Shown here one piece after another: positions 61,404-64,000 of a stretch of DNA of 64,000 nt. The stretch comes from an uncultured Pseudomonadota bacterium (GTDB taxonomy: Bacteria; Pseudomonadota; Alphaproteobacteria; JACZXZ01): NCBI GenBank assembly GCA_963749075.1, contig CAVVLJ010000004.1:192001-256000 (forward strand), written 5' to 3'. The position numbers and the translations under genes were made by a program. The notes below the pieces were generated by a model that did no database searches, was not told where the DNA came from, and worked only from the letters and a program-made list of their open reading frames with translations. The first letter of the stretch is position 1. Each line of letters starts with the position of its first letter.

Positions 61404-62387
61404 TCAGAGATAGGGATCGGCGGTCTCGAGGAAGTCCTTCACGTAACGAGAAACGCCCTCCTCGAGCCCGGTCATGGGCCGCTCGTAGCCCGCGCGCCGG
61501 AGCCGCGCCATCTTGGCCTCGGTGTAATACTGGTAGCGGCTGCGGATGTCGACCGGCGTATCGACGTAGGCGAGCGCCGGCTCGCGGCCGAGCGCGGCGA
61601 ACACGGCCGCCGCCAGATCGGCGAAGCTGCGCGCCTTGCCGGTGCCGAGGTTGAAGAGGCCGCTCACCTCGCCATGGTCGTAGAGCCATATCATGACGTT
61701 GACGCAGTCGCCGACCCAGATGAAGTCGCGGAGCTGGCCGCCGTCGGCGTAGTGCGGATTGTGCGAGCGGAAGAGGAGCGCCGGCTCGCCCGCCGCCGCG
61801 CGCTCGTGAACCTGCTTGGCCACGCTGCGCATGGCGCCCTTGTGGTACTCGTTGGGGCCGTAGACGTTGAAGAAGCGGAAGCCGGCCCATTGCGGCGGCG
61901 TGCGGCCGCCCTCGTTCGCGGCGCGCGCGGCGTGGCGATCGAAGAGCAGCTTGCTCCAGCCGTAGGGATTGAGCGGCCTGAGCCTTGCCAGCGCCTCGGC
62001 TGCCGTGTCGTCGTCGAAGCCGGCGCTGCCGTCGCCGTAGACGGCGGCCGAGGAGGCGTAAAAGAAGCGCGCGCCATGCTCCGCACTCCACTGCCACAGC
62101 ATCTGGGAGAGCGTGAAGTTGGTGGCGACGACAAGATCGGCATCGCGCTCGGTGGTCGCCGATATGGCGCCCAGATGGAAGATGGCCTCGAGCCGGCCGC
62201 GCGTGCGCTCGAGGAAGGGCTGCAGCTCCTCCGGCCGGACGATGGCGGCGAGGCGGCGCTTGGCGAGGTTGCGCCACTTGTCGCCGCTGCCCAGGCGGTC
62301 GCACACGGCAAGCTCGCTGCCGCGCGCGTCGAGCGCTGCAACGAGGTTCGAGCCGATGAAGCCGGCGCCGCCGGTAACGAGGATCAT
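61404..62387 (-). CDS. rfaD: ADP-L-glycero-D-manno-heptose 6-epimerase
   Basis: TGGAGFIGS, YASSAAVYG, YGWSK, FNVYGPNEYHKG.M.SV. Confidence 0.94.
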   Translation of the reverse strand: MILVTGGAGFIGSNLVAALDARGSELAVCDRLGSGDKWRNLAKRRLAAIVRPEELQPFLERTRGRLEAIFHLGAISATTERDADLVVATNFTLSQMLWQWSAEHGARFFYASSAAVYGDGSAGFDDDTAAEALARLRPLNPYGWSKLLFDRHAARAANEGGRTPPQWAGFRFFNVYGPNEYHKGAMRSVAKQVHERAAAGEPALLFRSHNPHYADGGQLRDFIWVGDCVNVMIWLYDHGEVSGLFNLGTGKARSFADLAAAVFAALGREPALAYVDTPVDIRSRYQYYTEAKMARLRRAGYERPMTGLEEGVSRYVKDFLETADPYL

Positions 62388-62570
62388 GGCGCTCTCTCGC
62401 GCGCAAGTCCGCTGCCGCAGCCGGCCCTCGCGCGCGACCCCTTATAGGGTCGGCCGGCGGGGCTCGCAAGGAGCTGGCGACGGCCGCTGCCGAGAGGGGG
62501 CGTTGCCGGCCGGCGGCGCCGGGACCATACTGCCGCCGCCAAGCCACGCTGCGATCGGAGGAGCCTCGGC

Positions 62571-62861
62571 ATGCAGCTCGACAACCGCATCATCGACGAT
62601 CTGGCACGCTTGGCGAGCGGGGCGCTCGGCTCGCTCGCCGGCCTCAAGGAGGAGCTCGACGCCCTGGTGCGCCAGCGCCTGGAGCGCCTCCTAGCCGACA
62701 TGGAACTCGTGCGCCGCGACGAGTTCGAGGCAGTGAAGGCGCTCGCCGCCAATGCGCGCGCCGCCCAGGAGGACCTCGAAAAGCGCGTCGCGGAGCTCGA
62801 GAAAGCCCTGGCGGAGGTCCGGTCGGCCGGCAACGAGGCGGGGGAGAGCCACAAGGTCTAG
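62571..62861 (+). CDS. ubiK: UbiK/BMFP family accessory factor
   Basis: LVRRDEFEAVK motif and coiled-coil C-terminus. Confidence 0.85.
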   Translation: MQLDNRIIDDLARLASGALGSLAGLKEELDALVRQRLERLLADMELVRRDEFEAVKALAANARAAQEDLEKRVAELEKALAEVRSAGNEAGESHKV

Positions 62862-63107
62862 CTCTCCCCGCCCCTTTTTTGGCGCCTGCCTACAAGCTGT
62901 TGCGGTTTACACTAGCCCTTGGAGACTGAAACAAAGAAATAACAATATGTTGAAAATGCCTTCTTGAAGTTCGACGCTAAATTTGTCAGGCTACCGCGCA
63001 TGGTAGGCCGAGGTCGCGACTCCTACAATTCCTAGCCCAAGCGCGGAACCAGCCCCGCCGTGGCGATGTCGCGGCCGTCGGACGCCTGTTGGACAGGAGG
63101 GCGCTAG

Positions 63108-63611
63108 ATGTCGACCCGTATCGCCGAAGCCGAAGGCTCCCTACCGAACCCCTTGGACCTCGTCGAGGAGATCGTCAGCGCCCATGACTGGCCGTTCGAC
63201 CGCTGCAGCACGGACGAGATGGTCGTGGACATCACCGGGCAGTGGTGCGACTACCACCTGCATTTCGCCTGGCTCGAGGACCTGAGCGCCATGCACTTCT
63301 CCTGCGCCCTCGACATGAAGGTGCCGCGGGCCAAGCGTCCGCCCATCCACGAGCTCCTCTCCCTCATCAACGAGAAGCTGTGGCTCGGCCATTTCGACGT
63401 CTCCGAGGAGGACGGCATGCCGATCTTCCGCCACACCTCGCTCCTGCGCGGCGCCAACGGGCCGAGCGTCGAGCAGCTCGAGGACCTCGTCGACATCGCC
63501 ATCACCGAGTGCGAGCGCTTCTATCCCGCCTTCCAGTTCGTGGTGTGGGGCGGCAAGACGCCGAAGGAGGGCCTCGGCGCCGCCATGCTCGATACCGTCG
63601 GCGAGGCGTAG
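63108..63611 (+). CDS. YbjN-domain protein
   Basis: NPLDLVE, INEKLWLGHFD, ECERFYPAFQFVVWGG; typical position upstream of proC. Confidence 0.88.
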   Translation: MSTRIAEAEGSLPNPLDLVEEIVSAHDWPFDRCSTDEMVVDITGQWCDYHLHFAWLEDLSAMHFSCALDMKVPRAKRPPIHELLSLINEKLWLGHFDVSEEDGMPIFRHTSLLRGANGPSVEQLEDLVDIAITECERFYPAFQFVVWGGKTPKEGLGAAMLDTVGEA

Positions 63612-63636
63612 GTTCCGTCTGCATGCTCGCATGATG

Positions 63637-63735
63637 CACCCCCCTCCCTACCCTCCCCCTCAAGGGGGGAGGGGATGCGACCGGGCTTAAAAACTTCCCC
63701 CTCCCCCTTGAAGGGGGAGGGTTGGGGTGGGAGTG
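63637..63735. repeat. Family B element, copy 5
   Basis: Same arms as the other copies. Confidence 0.92.
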
Positions 63736-63834
63736 ACGCTCAGATTAGCGAGAGCTGGCAATAGCGCCAGAGAGTGCGCCCAACCCCCGACAGTACCCTC
63801 GCCAAAGGAGCCGGACGCGGGATAAGCTCCGGCG

Positions 63835-64000
63835 ATGGACGACAAGCTGCACCTCATCCTGGTCGGCGGCGGCAAGATGGGCGGCGCCATGCTGGCGGGC
63901 TGGCTCGCCCGCGGCCTGCCGCGCGAGAACGTGGCCGTGGTCGAGCCGGGTCCTGCCGCGGACGAGCTGAGGAAGCGCCACGGCGTCGCCGTGCACGCCG
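63835..64000 (+). CDS. proC: Pyrroline-5-carboxylate reductase (5' part, truncated by window)
   Basis: LVGGGKMGGAMLAGWL Rossmann start. Confidence 0.88.
   Translation, partial: MDDKLHLILVGGGKMGGAMLAGWLARGLPRENVAVVEPGPAADELRKRHGVAVHA

Noticed and set aside
62862-63107. ncRNA in the AT-rich ubiK-ybjN spacer
   Set aside because: No recognisable structure or family; consistent with an ordinary promoter region

Overview
High-GC (roughly 70% by eye) chromosomal window from an alphaproteobacterium, probably Rhodospirillales-like (inferred from petABC, trmL-hemF, lgt-MidA-pgeF, prs-rplY-pth-ychF, MoxR-DUF58-DUF4159 and ubiK-ybjN-proC synteny). There are about 60 CDSs and no recognisable rRNA, tRNA, CRISPR array, transposase or integrase. 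Several genes carry single-base frameshifts, including the normally essential petC, which points to long-read indel errors rather than pseudogenes. The most notable accessory features are: (1) a HicB-like/HicA-like pair arranged divergently around an operator-rich spacer (4.1-5.1 kb); (2) a small GIY-YIG nuclease next to a CGTC-tagged palindromic doublet whose arms recur identically 8 kb away; (3) a 10-kb cluster of two TPR-sulfotransferases, a TPR-TylF-like methyltransferase with altered catalytic Asp residues, a TPR-only protein, a DcaP-like porin and an uncharacterised protein, with repeats in most intergenic gaps; (4) three dispersed palindromic repeat families, one with five copies apparently co-oriented with transcription; and (5) a non-canonical wHTH-Fic gene with a nested inverted-repeat operator. 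All family assignments come from motif recognition, not database searches.
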